From positions 95,420,001 through 95,484,000 of the forward strand of contig CM052817.1 of the NCBI GenBank assembly GCA_028534125.1: a DNA stretch of 64,000 nucleotides. The letters are read 5' to 3'. The stretch is from Lama glama (lineage: Eukaryota). The notes beneath the pieces are model-generated. The model had not been told where the DNA came from, did not search any database, and worked only from the letters and a program-made list of their open reading frames with translations. Position 1 is the first letter of the stretch. Every line of letters begins with the position of its first letter. Positions 27,151-40,515 of this stretch are shown piece by piece. The translations under genes and the position numbers were made by a program.

Positions 27151-27799
27151 TCCATTATATTCTTAATCTTTTCAGTTTGCAGACATATAAAATTACTGTA
27201 AAATAAGGCAGAATGAAAAAAGTACAGAGGAGGTCAGAGTAAAGGAAAAAAATTGGGGCTTGGCCAAGTGGAACCCAGTAAAGGTTTTTTTTTTTTACAG
27301 AGAAAGTGGTGTTTAGGGTTGAACCTGGAGGGATGGAAGCATTTTGATATTTGGAGAAAACTTGGAGCAAGACAACAGCCTGAGTTAGAAGTGTGTGTGA
27401 CAGATGCCTGTAGTTTGGAACATTCCAGCACCTGCCCACCAATTTCTTTCCTTTTTTTCTTTTTTAATTTTTTCAGGCATAGCAAGGTAATTTAATGAAA
27501 TAGTGTTTTTAAAAAGTACCTAAGCCTCAGTAATCCATGAGGAAATTTCAGTTTGTCCAACATACGTGTGATTGGAGACCAAGAGACAGAGGAGGGGATA
27601 GGAATGAGAAAAAAAGTAACCATTTTTTCCCAAATTTGTGTATGTATATATACATATATGTATTTATATATGTATAATATATGCATATATAAAACTTCCC
27701 ACCAATTTCTAAAGACACACCTCCAACAGTCATCCTGTGGGATTTGTCACACAGTAAAATGTGATGTCCCTTCTGGCCACTGTCAGGTGGTCCAGGCGG

Positions 27800-28103
27800 G
27801 AGCTGTCCTTCTGGGACTGTAAGAAGGAATAGAGTTTCTCTGTGCCTGGTGGAAGCTATAGTAAACCTTGGGGATTAAGAGATGTCTCCTGCCATCTCTT
27901 CTGCTCTCTGGGCTGGTGACGAAGAGAGACAGGGTTCTCAGGGCATCTGGGTTCCCGGGTCTGGGATTTACCAAGTGCTGCCACATTTTTGTTCGTGGCT
28001 ATCCTGGGACACACCAGAATCTTAATGGAGAACCCCTTCTTATGCTTCATGTAGTCTGATTTGGGTTTTTGTTACCTGCAAGCAAATGTGATTTAAGCAA
28101 TAC
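27800..28103 (+). mobile_element. Old MaLR LTR 3' part (MLT1H-K-like)
   Basis: Ends with gatttgggtttttgttacctgcaagcaaatgtgatttaagcaataca, typical of old MLT1 termini. Confidence 0.5.
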
Positions 28104-28364
28104 AGTATGAACATATCTTGACTTTTTAAAGATAGATCATTTTTATAGATAATTTCCTTTTAACCCAAACAATTGTTGTTCACTCAAGATTTTAAAAGTC
28201 CAAGAAAAACCAAAAGAAGAAGGTAGAAGTCACCCATCCTAACCCTTGAAAAGTAAATTAAAAAGTTTTACAACAATCTGGCAGAGAGCTGTTCAGCAGG
28301 CTGTAGGAAATTCAGGTCTAAAGGTTGGTCTTATTAGTAGAGAGATGATGACTGGCTCCGACTG

Positions 28365-30350
28365 GCTAAGCAGTTACCAGCACCAGCCCTGTGCAGCCAC
28401 CGTGCTGGGTATAAACGTGGGCAAATCCTCAGCCCCGCCCTCAAGGAGTCTGCCCTGTGCTGAGAGAGGCAGACACATGAATAAACAGTGACACGTGCTG
28501 TGACCGTGAGGAGCACAGAAGGGGACATAATCAGGACCAGACGAGTAAGGGAAGACTTCTCAGAGGAGATGGTGCCTCCAGGTTCAGTCTAGTGAGCCAA
28601 CCAGGAGAGATCCGGGCACAGGATATGTAGGGGAGGACGTGTGCCAGGCAGAGAGGGCAGAATGTGGAAGAGCCCAGCACGTCTAGGGACAGTGATGCAG
28701 TGTAGCTAGAGTGTGGGGCAATTAGCGATGGTAAAGAAAAGAATGGAGAAGAAAAAACGAGCCACGTCATTAAAGATCTTGTCCATGTTATACTAAAAAA
28801 ATGGGATTTTAAGAGGGCAGGGTATAGTTCAGTGGTAGAGTGTGCACTTAGCATGCACAAGGTCCTGGGTTCAATCTCCAGTACCTCCATTAAATAAATA
28901 AATAAACCTAATTACCCACCCACCCCCAAAATAAATAAAAATCAGTAATTCATTTAAAAGAATTTTTTAGATGGGAGTTTTTTTTCCCTACGATTTTAGC
29001 TCCTAGAGATCTCAACCTAGAAATGGTTAGGACAGTCCAGGGTCCAGGAGAATCTACAATGAAGTGTATACACGAGGCGCAGAGAAGAGCTAACAAAGTA
29101 GGGAAGGTCATAGAAGCCAAGGAAAGCGTGCCGAGAAGGAGGGCTGAACAAGCCGTGTGAAGAGTATGGACTGAGAAGGGGGAGCCTTGTAAGTGTAACT
29201 GCGGAAGGATTGTGCCCAGGCTCAGGAGGTCTCTGGGAACCTTAGAGAGTTTGGGGAGGGGGTACATGAAGCCAAGTCGCAAGGATTAGAGAGTCTGCAC
29301 TGAAAAAGTGGAGGCCGAGAGCACTGATTCTAGAAGAGCTGAGTGGTGAGGAGGAGACAAGGAAAGAACCGCGTAGGGTGGTTGGAGAGAGGAGCGGATG
29401 GGAGGAAGGCTGTGTCAGAGCAGAGCGCACGCCTCTGGGGGATGTCCGCCTGCTTGGCGAGGTCGTCCGGGGCAAGGCGGGAGGCCGGGCTGAGGAAGCG
29501 TGGCGAGGTCAAAGCAGTTGCTGCGAAGAGAGGACTCCACCAGCCGTCAGTTCGAGCAATGGGGAGAGAGCATCGGCAGCACAGCTGAGGGGGGTGACGT
29601 GGCCTTGAAGTAGATCCCATCCGCGTGGTTCCATAGAAGCTCTGGAATTCCGGGGGGGGGGGGCGGATTAGAAAAAAAGAATGTGGTAGAATTCCCAGAG
29701 TTAAGGACTGACCCCGAGCTCCTGGGGAAATTCCAGGGGACTGGTGACCATCGCTGGAACGATGACCTGGGTGGCGCGGGACAAGAAGCCAGCCAGAGAG
29801 CACGTTCGGGGTGAACGCCCGCGGCCTGCGCTCACTGCGTCACCCAGAAATTTGAGACCAATGCATCTCAAACAGCAGATCCTGAACCATGGCCCTTCGT
29901 GAAGGGTGCCGTGTGGGGTCGAGTCGTGAAAGTTACTGGAGGAGTGAAAATCAAGGAACCAGGAAGTAGGCTGAGCGGAGTTAAGAGGTTTTGTCCCTCA
30001 CTGTGTCACCAGATAATGCTTAACGCACGGTAGGCACGCCGTAAAACACGAATGATGTGCTCTAACGGCGTGGACATTGGGGTCAGCTAGGGTGATGCAG
30101 GAGACACTGGCGAAGGTGACCGTGGAATCAGGGCAAGGCACCAGCAGAGCCACAGTAGTGGAAGGAAAAAAAAAAAAAACTTAAAGCGTCAGAAATCCAG
30201 AAGAACATGACTCTGCAAGGGAAGACAAGTGGGAAAGAAAGCCAGAGAGACTCAGGGTGATCCATCGATTCATCCCAGGGTCCAAGAGGGAGCAATGTGT
30301 AAGTTGAAGAGCTTTCAAACAGAAAAAGTCCATTTTTCTTGAGTCTGGTG
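28365..30350 (-). mobile_element. Decayed L2 remnant(s), interrupted by a SINE and locally very CpG-rich
   Basis: Purine-rich antisense L2 text (agtaagggaagacttctcagaggagatggtg, gtgtgccaggcagagagggcaga, aggtcatagaagccaaggaaag, gtgaccatcgctggaacgatga). Confidence 0.5.
28813..28940 (+). mobile_element. Vic-1-like SINE (long-tail form)
   Basis: gggtatagttcagtggtagag...ggtcctgggttcaatctccagtacctccattaaataaataaataaacctaattaccc. Confidence 0.9.
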
Positions 30351-30380
30351 ACTGTGTAACAGTTATACTTTTGTAACTCT

Positions 30381-30510
30381 TCTTTTTTTCTTTTTAGAAG
30401 AGGAGGTAATTAAGTTTATTTATTTATTTTTGAATGGAGGTACTGGGAATTGAACCCAGGACCTTGGGCATGCTAAGCATGTGCTCTACCACTGAGCTAT
30501 TCCCTCCCCG
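30381..30510 (-). mobile_element. Vic-1-like SINE (long-tail form)
   Basis: Antisense copy ggaggtaattaagtttatttattt...ggaggtactgggaattgaacccaggacc...ctctaccactgagctat; diverged TSD ttatacttttgtaactct / ctacacttctataattct. Confidence 0.9.
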
Positions 30511-31863
30511 CTACACTTCTATAATTCTTAAGTGTTTTTTAAGGCAATGGTCCCCAAAAAAGGTGCTGGAGGGAATCCTCAGGCCTGCAGTTTCCAAGCA
30601 CTGGAACGGAGAACGTTTACAGCAGATCTGGAAGCTCAGTGTTGGCAACTGAGAGGCTGTCATCATTGAAATGTACCATGATATTTTAAAGGCTGTATTA
30701 TATTTAAAAGCTTGGGACTGACTTCTCTAAGGAAGACTTTCGCGAAAAGCTGACAATTGGTAAATTCCCCCCTTAATTGGAAAACCAAATAAATCAAAGT
30801 AACACAGCTCATCTCTCTTTATCCCTTAAAGTAGAGTGAGTTTTTAAAAGGGGAAAATAAAGAGAAAAGAAAAAAGTTGAAATTGAGCTGCTGTTCCCCT
30901 TTAGGACTAGACGTCCTTTGAGAATGTGAGAGAGAAAATGTTCTTCTTTTCCTTGGTCTTGGGTCAGATAGAGTTGCCTCTGTCTTATTTCCATCCCATG
31001 CAGATGTGACAGTTAAGAGTCGGGGCACAGGAGTTATGTGGACTTGTTTTACAGGCTCCATCACTTTTGAGCTGCATCACTTCAGGCATCAGTCTCCTTA
31101 ACTGTAAAAATGGAAAAATAGTAGCCATGCTCTCATAGGCTGTGTAATGGCCACTGAATATTTGGCACAGAGCCAGGCACACAGTGAATGCTTAATAACG
31201 GCTTGCGGCAACAGTGATGAGGACCCGGAGGGTTTCATGAATGCATGCCTCTCAATACAGGGGGGCAGTAGGGTTCTCAGTAGCTCTGGAAGGTGGTAGA
31301 TGACTTGAAACATAGTAAAAGGCTTTTTAAAATCCCAACAACAATAATGAACATTCTAGTAAAGAAAAATTCAGTGAGCTCTGGCAAAGCAAAAAGGAAA
31401 AATAGCAGTGCCCAGCGTGTAGCTCAGCTGATGTTAATAAAACATCAATCTTGTCCTTTTGCTTCCAGCGAAGAGACTGTCTTTGGATTCTTGATGGAAG
31501 AATCTTGAGGTGACTCTTTTGCAAGTTGGATCCTATTTGCTAAATAATTGTGTTTCCAAGGCGCTTATCAATACTGACTTTCATTTACATGACTCCCTGC
31601 ATCACCCCTAAATTAGAGACCAGCTGCTTGTAAGGGCATCTCTTACCCTGGTGGTTTCCCAAGCTAAAACCATTTGTTTATTCCAGGTTCCATCCTGGGT
31701 TATTCTGCCTGAATGCTGGCCACACCTGATCTCGGACCTAGAACTGCCCCCGCCCGTCTTAAGGTGCTGCTAACCCCGAGGGGTTCAAAGCCACGCTCCC
31801 GTGCTTGCTTCCACCCTGACTCGAGGACATCGTCTGCTGAGGGGACACCCCACTGGGGCTTCT

Positions 31864-31877
31864 CCTCCAGGGGGCGC
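31864..31877 (+). promoter_or_regulatory. Candidate CTCF core motif CCTCCAGGGGGCGC
   Basis: One mismatch to CCASYAGRKGGCRS, in a moderately CpG-rich patch. Motif match only. Confidence 0.5.
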
Positions 31878-33329
31878 CTTTACCACTGCGTCAGCCATTC
31901 TTCTCCTGTGTACTTCCACGTTCCAGATTCTTGTTTATCCCTTTTGCAGGCCGGGATTTATTTTGGTGGTGTGATTTTGTCTCCTCCGGTCGGGATGTGG
32001 ACGGCTCCTCTTCTACTTCTGGGAGGGCAGATTCCTCGTCGGGTGAACTGGCACCGCTCCGCCCTGGGTGTCTGCCTAAGTACACAGCAAATTCTACCCT
32101 CACCAGTCATCCGATATTAATAGCTCATTTGTATCTAATAAAATCCGTGGACTCGGGGCCCTACCAGTGTTCCTACTCCACCCCTGCACTTGCCTAAATA
32201 TATTTAGAAACTTCAATTAGCAGAGGTCCTTTGGAGAGGAAGGAGACAAGATAAACCACTTTAACCTTTAGAGGAGAATTCCTATAAAGGCATTAACGGC
32301 AACACCACTAAGAAAGGTCTCTGACGCTCATCCCCGTGTGCCCGGAAAACATTTCAAAATGTGAGCCGTCGAGAAGCCAATCCCAATGGGATGTGACACT
32401 GATCTCTCTTTAAGGTGGGAGGGTTTCTATATATATTCCAGGCTCTAGCATCTGTCTTTCAGAAGACGGGGAGCAAGATGAGGTAAGGGAGAGAGGAAGG
32501 CTTTGAGCCAGAAGCTGTATCCAAATCCTGGCCCCTGCACTCCCTCCGTGGGGACCTCTGTGATGTTCTCCAGATCGTCCAGGATTTTCCCCCTGGAAAG
32601 TGGGAGACATACTCTTCAAGGACGTTGTGAAGATTAGGGACAATGATGCAAAGTGCTGCTTGTCTTACCTGTCACCTGAGTGGGGGCCCAGCAAACAGTT
32701 ACTATGTTTGGTTAAGCTGGAGGGGTGACATGTTTTAATTGGCATGTGTCTATTTGAAAAGTCACTGTAACTGCCTTCAAGTTCAAAAACATTCAAGTTG
32801 TATGATGTGAAAGTTACACAAAAGAAAGATTTTTAAAAATGAGAAAACAGAATCTGTCGAATCCCCTTAGAAAATATACAATGGATTTTTTTTAACGAGG
32901 GATTTTTAAGCCAAAAACTCTCAGTGTGTTTTCTGCAGGTGACCAGTAAATATTCATTAAAGGACTTCATCTGTGGTTTTTCATAAGAACCCAAGCCCAA
33001 GTTCTCCCCTATGTAGTCTGCCCTTAATTCAAACATTAATTACGACTCTTGTATCTTAAGATTGTTATGATAATCATACTTCATGCACTGGGAAATCATT
33101 TGAAAGTTATGAAGTACATCCTCAGGCTTTGATAAATGAGTATAACTAGTTTCCAAAATTTCTGTTCATAAGCCAAAACTGCTGTCATCAATCATTAAAT
33201 GTTCCCATTTAAATTAGTGTAAAAACTTTAGTGTTTCTCTTAATGGAATAATGAATAGAGCGCCTCGTTCGTGGTGTTGGAGGGCCCCAAGGCTCTGCCC
33301 TGGCTTCCTTTCCATCCTCCACCCACTCC

Positions 33330-33910
33330 CTCCCCCCAGGTGACCTCCTCCACTCTCCAACCCCTTGGCTCTCATTGCCCTTTTGGTACCACAGACTCAC
33401 AGACCTGTCTCCGGCCAGAGCATCTCTTGGGAACTCATACATCTAACTGCTCACCTGACATCTCCACACGGGTGTCATCTCCAACTTAACGTGGCCCAAA
33501 CCAACCTCATGATTCCCAGACCACATCCCCCACCACCCACATCCTCTCCTTCTTAGTAAATGCCATCACTAACCATCATCCAGTTCCTAAAGCCTAAAAC
33601 CTTTTCTCATCCTACAGCCATTCCATCAGTAGATCCTGTTTCCTCTACCCTCAAAACACATCCTTCATCTACCCATTTCTTCTGCATCTGCCCCTTCCAT
33701 CCTTGTCTCAGGCACTATCATCTCTTGCCTGGACAACTACCTTCCTTCCTGGCTGGTCTCCCTGCCTCCATTCTTGCCCTCACTACAATTGATTCTCCAC
33801 ATGGCTTCCAGAACTGTCACTTAAAAATGCAAATAGTTTGTCACTTCCTAGCACAAAACTGTCAGTGGGCTCCCCCGGGCACTTAGAATCAAACCTAAAC
33901 TCCTTCTGTG
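33330..33910 (+). mobile_element. L2a-like fragment
   Basis: catctaactgctcacctgacatctccac...aacttaacgtggcccaaacc...tctcttgcctggacaactac...ctggtctccctgcctcc. Confidence 0.75.
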
Positions 33911-33920
33911 TCTCTTGCCT

Positions 33921-34045
33921 CAGTGGTTCTCATTTTTAGGGAGTGATTGGCATTGTACGGGAGCACTTTTGATTGTCATAACAGTCTGGAGGGGGCTGCT
34001 ACTGGCACTGAATGGGCAGGGTAAGGGAAGCTAGCTGTCCCACAG
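33921..34045. mobile_element. MER20-like hAT MITE fragment
   Basis: Starts with CAGTGGTTCTCA (Charlie TIR); internal ttttgattgtcataac...gctgctactggca. Confidence 0.6.
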
Positions 34046-34799
34046 TTGTGGGATTGCCCTTTATTCTACCTGTTGATCAGCATCAGAGCCTGGATCCTGA
34101 CTCGATATTATATATTAAATGCAAAGTAAAAAGGATGTGTGTTGTTTTGATTTGTTCCAAACTTGTTCTAAAAATGTTCACCACAGCAGAAAATCACCTC
34201 ACCCCAGGAGAAGCCACTGGCTGTACCTGCGTCACTACTGCAAATTCCTCCACGTGCACAGTTGGTTCTACCTGACGGGCAATCCTCTGCCTGCTCAGTA
34301 CCTTCCAGAAGAGCTGTGCCCAAGCACTACATGTTGAAACACAAAGTACTTTAGTATAAATTGCTTTTTTAAATGATTCTGTTAGCATGAATTAGTGGTT
34401 GACTGATGACACCAGTGGGGACTTACGAGCAAAACTTTTGGACTAATTATATTTACCCGTTGAGGGATGAGATGAGGGTGCTTGGAAAGGAAACACAAAT
34501 TATTTCTCAATGCATGGAGTGCAGTTCTCATAACAACCTTATAACAAAATAACCCGTAACTGACATGGGCCATGTAGGAGGGGTCTTCTCCTGAGAAAAG
34601 CTGGATATGAGATCCATCAACTAATGGGCCACCCACAAACTAGGGGCTGGGAGTCCAGTTTTAATACCACTTTTATGTTTCCTAGAGGAATTAGATAGCT
34701 GTTGCCTTCTTAATGTGTTTTTAAGTTAAAAAAAACAGTTAAGGTGAGAAAAAACATATTTTCTGGGAACTTCATTTTAGGGCAGCAGGTCTCAGGTTT

Positions 34800-35180
34800 G
34801 AGAGCCCGTGTCCTGTGTGCTCTGGCTTCTGCTTACCTCTCCCGCCTTGCTTCATCCCACCCCAATCCAGATCCCCAAACACACCAAGCTCCCACCCCTA
34901 GAGCGCCTCTGCACCCCCACTCACTCCCTCTTCCCCCAGGGCTCGGTCCCTGCTATTTGCATGATGGCACCTCCTTGAGAATTACCTCCTGGTCCTTGCT
35001 GACCTCTCAGGCAGCCAGGGCCTCTCTGTCAGGACACCTACTTGAATTCTCTTTAGCACTTGTCACCACTTGATGAGGGAGCCTTTCTGTCTTTTCCAAC
35101 AGTATGTCCTCTGTGCCTCAAACCTTGCCTGGAATATGGTAGGAGCCTAGTAAATATTTGTGGAATGAAAGAATAAATAA
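34800..35180 (+). mobile_element. L2 3' end fragment
   Basis: Ends gcctggaatatggtaggagcctagtaaatatttgtggaatgaaagaataaa, the L2 terminal pattern. Confidence 0.6.
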
Positions 35181-35553
35181 GGTATGGCAAGGGAAAGCGT
35201 CTTGCTGGTGATAAAAAAGTAGATTTCGCCATTCGATCATATACGAAACTGGCAAGCTTTGCGTTCTGAGATAAAACGTTAAGACACTGGAACCAGTTTT
35301 GTAGCCGGGATTGCCCCCTGCTCACCATCTCAGAGGCTGCAAATGCGTGCTACCTGAGAGTAACCTTCACAGTATTTTGCAAGCTCTTTCTTCCCAATTA
35401 GGGTGATGTTTCCTAGTTAAACTATATTTGTGGGCATGTGTGTAGAACAGAAAAGCTCATTTAAGTGAAATTTTATTCAAACTGGGGTTACAAACAAAAT
35501 CATAATGGATGAACATGAGGTCATATGATTCTCAGCACACGGTTACTAGTGAG

Positions 35554-35669
35554 TGAGGGAAGGGTATAGCTCAGCAGCAGAACATATGCTTAGCATGCAC
35601 AAGATCCTGGGTTCAATCCCCTGTACCTCCATTTAAAAAGAAAAGGAAAAGAAGAAGAAGAATTGGCAA
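35554..35669 (+). mobile_element. Vic-1-like SINE (short form) with a perfect 11-bp TSD
   Basis: gggtatagctcagcagcag...cctgggttcaatcccctgtacctcc followed directly by an A/GAA-rich tail; TTACTAGTGAG at 35543-35553 and 35670-35680. Confidence 0.9.
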
Positions 35670-35784
35670 TTACTAGTGAGCAAATTAGCATCAAAAATTG
35701 TCATATAAGCATTGGGCATAGATGAGTAAAAATTTATCAAGGCAGCATGCAAAGAGAGATGTGCATAAAGAGTGGTAATTAGTC

Positions 35785-35931
35785 AGCAGGGAAGGGATAA
35801 ATTAGGAGTTTGGAATTAACAGATATGCACTTCTATATATAAAATAGATAAACAACAAGGTCCTACTGTGTAGCACAGGAAACTATATTCAATACTTTGT
35901 AATAACCTATAATGGAAAATAATCTAAAAAA

Positions 35932-35979
<48 letters not shown>

Positions 35980-36065
35980 TAACTGAATTGCTTTGCTGTA
36001 CACCTGAAACTAACACATTGTAAATCAACTAGACTTCAGTAAAAAGTTGTTTTGGAAGAAAAAAA
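35785..36065 (+). mobile_element. Young L1 3' end containing a (TA)n expansion
   Basis: gggataaattaggagtttggaattaacagata...gcacaggaaactatattcaata...tgtacacctgaaactaacacattgtaaatcaact. Confidence 0.9.
35934..35976. repeat. (TA)n microsatellite
   Basis: Perfect dinucleotide run of ~21 units. Confidence 0.98.
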
Positions 36066-36079
36066 CAGAGTAATAATTG

Positions 36080-37215
36080 ACTTGCCTCCAGCCTCCCTCA
36101 CCTCCAATCCATCCTCTACACTCTTTTTCTAAAATACCAATGTTATCTCTCTACTCTGATGGAAATCTTCCAGTGCGTCCCTATCACCACATGTGGCATG
36201 CATAATAACGAAAGCTATACAGCACCACGACTTGCAGAGCACATGCAGACCCTTCCCAGTCTGGCTTCTCTCATCTCCTAGGGTGTCCCCACACAGGCCC
36301 TAAGTGCCAGTCATGCTGGAAAATTGTCATCCTCACTTATGACAACAGACTGTTCCTACACAGCCTCTCCCTGAGGGGCCCTTCTCGTACTGCCTCGAAA
36401 ATCTTAACTCATCATCAGGAAATACTGAGAAAGAAAAATACCATATGATAACACTCACATGTGGCATCTAAAAAGAGAAGAGAGAAGACACAAATGAACT
36501 TATTTACAAAACAGAAACAGACTCACAGACATAGAAGGCAAACTAATGATTACCGGACTTGGGAGGGTGAGGGAGGAGAAAAAGAGGGTGGGAAGGGATA
36601 ACTTGGGAGTTTGAGATTTGCAGAGAGTAACCGCTATATATGAAATAGATAGACTATGAAATGGAAGATATGTATTTCTATGTATGACTGAACTATTATT
36701 TTGTACAACAGAAATTGACACACTGTAAACCGACTATACTTCAATTAAAAAAAAGAAAAGAAATTAATTAATTAAATAAATAAAATAGATAAACAAGTTT
36801 CTTCTATATAGCACAGGGAACTATATTGAATATGCTGTAGTAACCTATAATGAAAAGGAATATACGTACGCACCTGTATGACTGAAGCATTGTGCTGTAC
36901 ACCAGAAATTGACACAACATTGTAAACTGACCATAATCCAATTTAAAAAAATACTGAAGCATCATCTTTTCAGTGTGGCCTCCCCAGTGTCTGTCTCCGG
37001 CGGTGTTGGGTGTCCCCCTGCTATTTCCCTGGAGCGCCACTCTCGACATCCTCCCATTTTAAGCAATAAAGATTTCCAGTGTAATTTTCTCATCGTCTTC
37101 CCCCACTCTACCGGTCACTGTTTGCTGACAGGAGCGTGTCTTATTTATCTTAGGATTCCCACCAGGCCTGGAATATAACAAGCCCTCAGTAAATGCTTGT
37201 CTGAAGGAAAGAATG
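36080..37215 (+). mobile_element. L2 fragment split by an L1 insertion
   Basis: cctccaatccatcctctacac before the L1; ttttcagtgtggcctcccc...gcctggaatataacaagccctcagtaaatgcttgtctgaagga after it. Confidence 0.55.
36428..36950 (+). mobile_element. L1 3' end with a second L1 tail nested inside (36652-36782)
   Basis: Outer element gaaaaataccatatgataacactcacatgtgg...; inner tail flanked by AAATAGATA at 36643-36651 and 36783-36791. Confidence 0.88.
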
Positions 37216-40200
37216 ATTTCACCAAGAGCTTCGTTAAACGCTTCTTGCTGGAGGAAACTGGTATCCCAGAAACTGATTGTTACCCTTGGAGAGCTGACCA
37301 TGAGTCACTTTTCCCACGGGGAAGGCTCCCTCTGAGTCTGAGTGTGAGATCTGGACTTTCCTTCCTTGGGATTCCTATGTTCTACCTCTTTTGAATATTG
37401 TTTACTAAAAACATACACGAAGGCAAGTGAATATGTATGTATGTTAAATTCAATAAGCTTTTGTGGAGGGTATTTGTGATCATGGCACTAGAATGGGGTT
37501 TCCAAGCTGTGGCCCAGCTTGGCTCACACCTGAGCTGAGGGAGCCCAGTAAAGAGTCACACTGGAGAGAGTTTGAGGGACCAGGGAGAACACTGGGCCCC
37601 AGGCCCACAGATGGTCCGTGCATATGGGCTTTACGAGCGGGGCGATGAACTCCTGAAACTGCATAGAAATGTTCTGCGTATGCACCAAGGTGTATTTTCC
37701 CTGGGGTTGGATGGACCTGTAGCTTTCACTAAATTTTCAGAACCACCTGTGACCAACAAAAGGTTAAGATATAACCTGAGCCCTTGGGTGACTCGTCCAA
37801 GGCCTCACTGCACCTTTGTGTCATGGCTGTGTCTAGAACCCAGTCTCCAGCGGTCCTCCCACTCCTTAGCCACGTCACCATCCATCAGAGAGGCCCGATG
37901 CTCTGCCAGTTTCCCTAGCAAGGCTTCTAAAAATGATGGCAGGATTCTATTCGTCCCAAATTAAATATGGTATCAAAGGGTACCACTTTAAAACTAGGGG
38001 TTAATAATACGCGTATTACATTTGAGCTCTGTTTTACACCAGGATTCTGCAACTGTCCTTCGGTGAAGTGCTATTTGGTTCCCCCATTTTCCCCCCACAT
38101 ACTTTGGAGACACTTTTAAAATTTCATTTAAGTTTGTCCTACAGGTCAGAAATCAAATTTTGTAATAAAATTACCGAGCTGTGTTTGAGCTTTTAAAATT
38201 GCAGTCTCATAGGCTCTTCGTTTCTAAAATCATGATAGCTTGCTTTATTTATACATGAGCCAAGTTATTTAACTCTTTTAAAAGGACTATGCATTTTATT
38301 ACTTTGTTTTCTCTGATGGAAGTGATCATCAGAAGTTCCCTGGAAAAGTTTCGCTTCGACTCCATTTTTATGCTTTTAGAAAGAGGAGCATCATGGTTCT
38401 TTGACTGTGGATGGTTAAAAAAAAAAAAAAGAAGAAAAAGAGGTTCTGTGTTTGTTCCTCACAGAATGGGACCTTCTTTAGAATTACTGCCTCTGTGCAG
38501 TTGCTGTCGAAAGTGACAAGAGTAATCTATTGCCATGTGCCCATTTTCTTGGCTTTTAAATAATACTAAAGAACAGGAGATTCTTCCCAGGTTGCACATG
38601 TGCCTGCGGTGATTCTATTTAAAGTTTGGAATTATTTCTGAAAACGTCTCACTCAGAGTGCTCAAATCAATTGGGGGAGGGAGAGAGGGAGAAAAAGTTC
38701 CCAGTTGCAGAAAACTTCAATTCTGAAACCCCTATCTTTCCCCTCCAGGGATTCCTGAAAAAGACTAGATGGTACGGAAGATGAAAGCCAGAAGGAAAAT
38801 GATGGGAACCTGATGTAAAATTGGAGAAATAAAGCCTTAGCATTGCGAAACTAGGAGGGAGAGCTGCGTATACATTGCAAACAGAACAGAACGCAGTAGA
38901 GCAGGAGGGGGACCCTGCAAGCCCAGGTCAGGGGCAAAGCACCCCAAGGCAGGAGAGAAACACGAGCAGAATTCAGAGCTGACAGCAAAAAGGAGAAAAG
39001 GAGAAGACTGTTGTCTGCCCCCTACTCCCTGTCCCCCATGTTACCCCTGCCCACAAAGAGACTCCAGGTGACCACGTGCTGTCTTGCTTGTTTCCAAGCC
39101 CCTGTTGCAAGCTTCTTCCTCCAGCCTCTCATCATTCATGCATGCAAGCATTTACCCAGCAAACATTTACTGAGAGTGGCTTCTGGCAGGAGACAAGATT
39201 TCTTCTAGCCTTGGAGCAGGGCTGCCAGGAAATTGCAAAGAGGAAGTAAAACCTGGGACAGTTCCAAGGAGAGCCTTATTCACCTGCAGTGTGGGGTGAC
39301 ACTCTAATAGAATTGGGGTCACTGGTAAAATGGTCCCCTCTCCCCAGGTTCCTTCACACTGTGGTCACGTCTCAGTTTCATCTAAGCTGACTGTCCGTGT
39401 GAGCAGCCAAAAGGCAGATGGGCTGAGAAGACGGGTGATTGGAGAAACACATCTGATACTGATTAGGGGTCAGATGCTATGTTATGACCACATTATACTT
39501 GACTTCTTCTCTGGTATTCTTTCCCAATCTCCAAGCCAGTTATGTGCAGGACCATGCTGAATGTTAGCCCCCCATCAAGAATCTTGGTGGGGGGGCTTCT
39601 TTGAGGACAAGAGCAATCGAAGGCTGGGTAGTAATCCTGGATTTCTGTTGTAAATAATATGATTAACACAATGCTCTCTTGTGTCTAAAATCTTTCACAA
39701 ATCTCACACCGCCCGTTGTTTTTGTCTGAGATTTTGTTGAACAAATACAATTGCTTAAATTTTTTATAAAGGCAACAGGCACACGACTAATGAACCATCA
39801 AACAGTATGGAGGATTTGCCATTGCAAAACAGCTCTCCTGGACTCTGCTCTCACCCTTCTTAATTTTGCTGCCTAGACGCAACCATTGTTCACTCGTTGT
39901 TTTCTTTTGGTTGCCATCTTCACAGCTCTGAATAATAAGGCTTCTACGTCTATTGCTTGATGTATCAATTCTAGACCTCGTTTATTGATTCCCGCCTGTG
40001 ATAGAGGATTTAGCTCATCTACGTGGCTCCCACATCCCCTTCCTGCCTCCTCCCAGGGTAGTGATTTCCCCATTCTTGTTTCCTTCACCTTGCCCTCAAC
40101 TTCTCCTCCCAACCTTGTAACCTGAACCTCTGTTTGTACAATGTCAAGGTTGATGGCCCTCACACTGTGTTCCTTGAACAGTCAAGTCTCCTGTGATTTG

Positions 40201-40515
40201 CCCGCAGGTTGATTCTAAATATTTCAAGCCAATAAACAGCGTTTACTATCATCACTAAGTAAATTGTATCTATCCAGAGCCCTGATTACCCGTCCTCCTC
40301 TGTGGTTCTAGGATCACCACCACTTGTGAGCCTCCATGGAAATCGTCTCTACAGTCAAGTTCAAATGGATTCTCCTTTCCTGTGTTCTACCATGTAATCA
40401 AAATAACATTGAATTTTAGTTTCCTTTTCACTTGGCTCATAACTTTCTGATGATGGGACTTTTTGTTTTCCTTGGGGGTCTCTGATTCCTTTCCTTCTTT
40501 TTTCCTTTACCTGCA

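Noticed and set aside
28531..28890. Recurring MEVL(G/E)IEPRT peptides (also 30434, 50618, 53813) suggesting a gene family
   Set aside because: All are antisense translations of the same SINE.
29242..29803. Overlapping 76-157 aa ORFs in the CpG-rich patch
   Set aside because: Stop-poor because of high GC; low-complexity peptides with no recognisable domain or splice structure.
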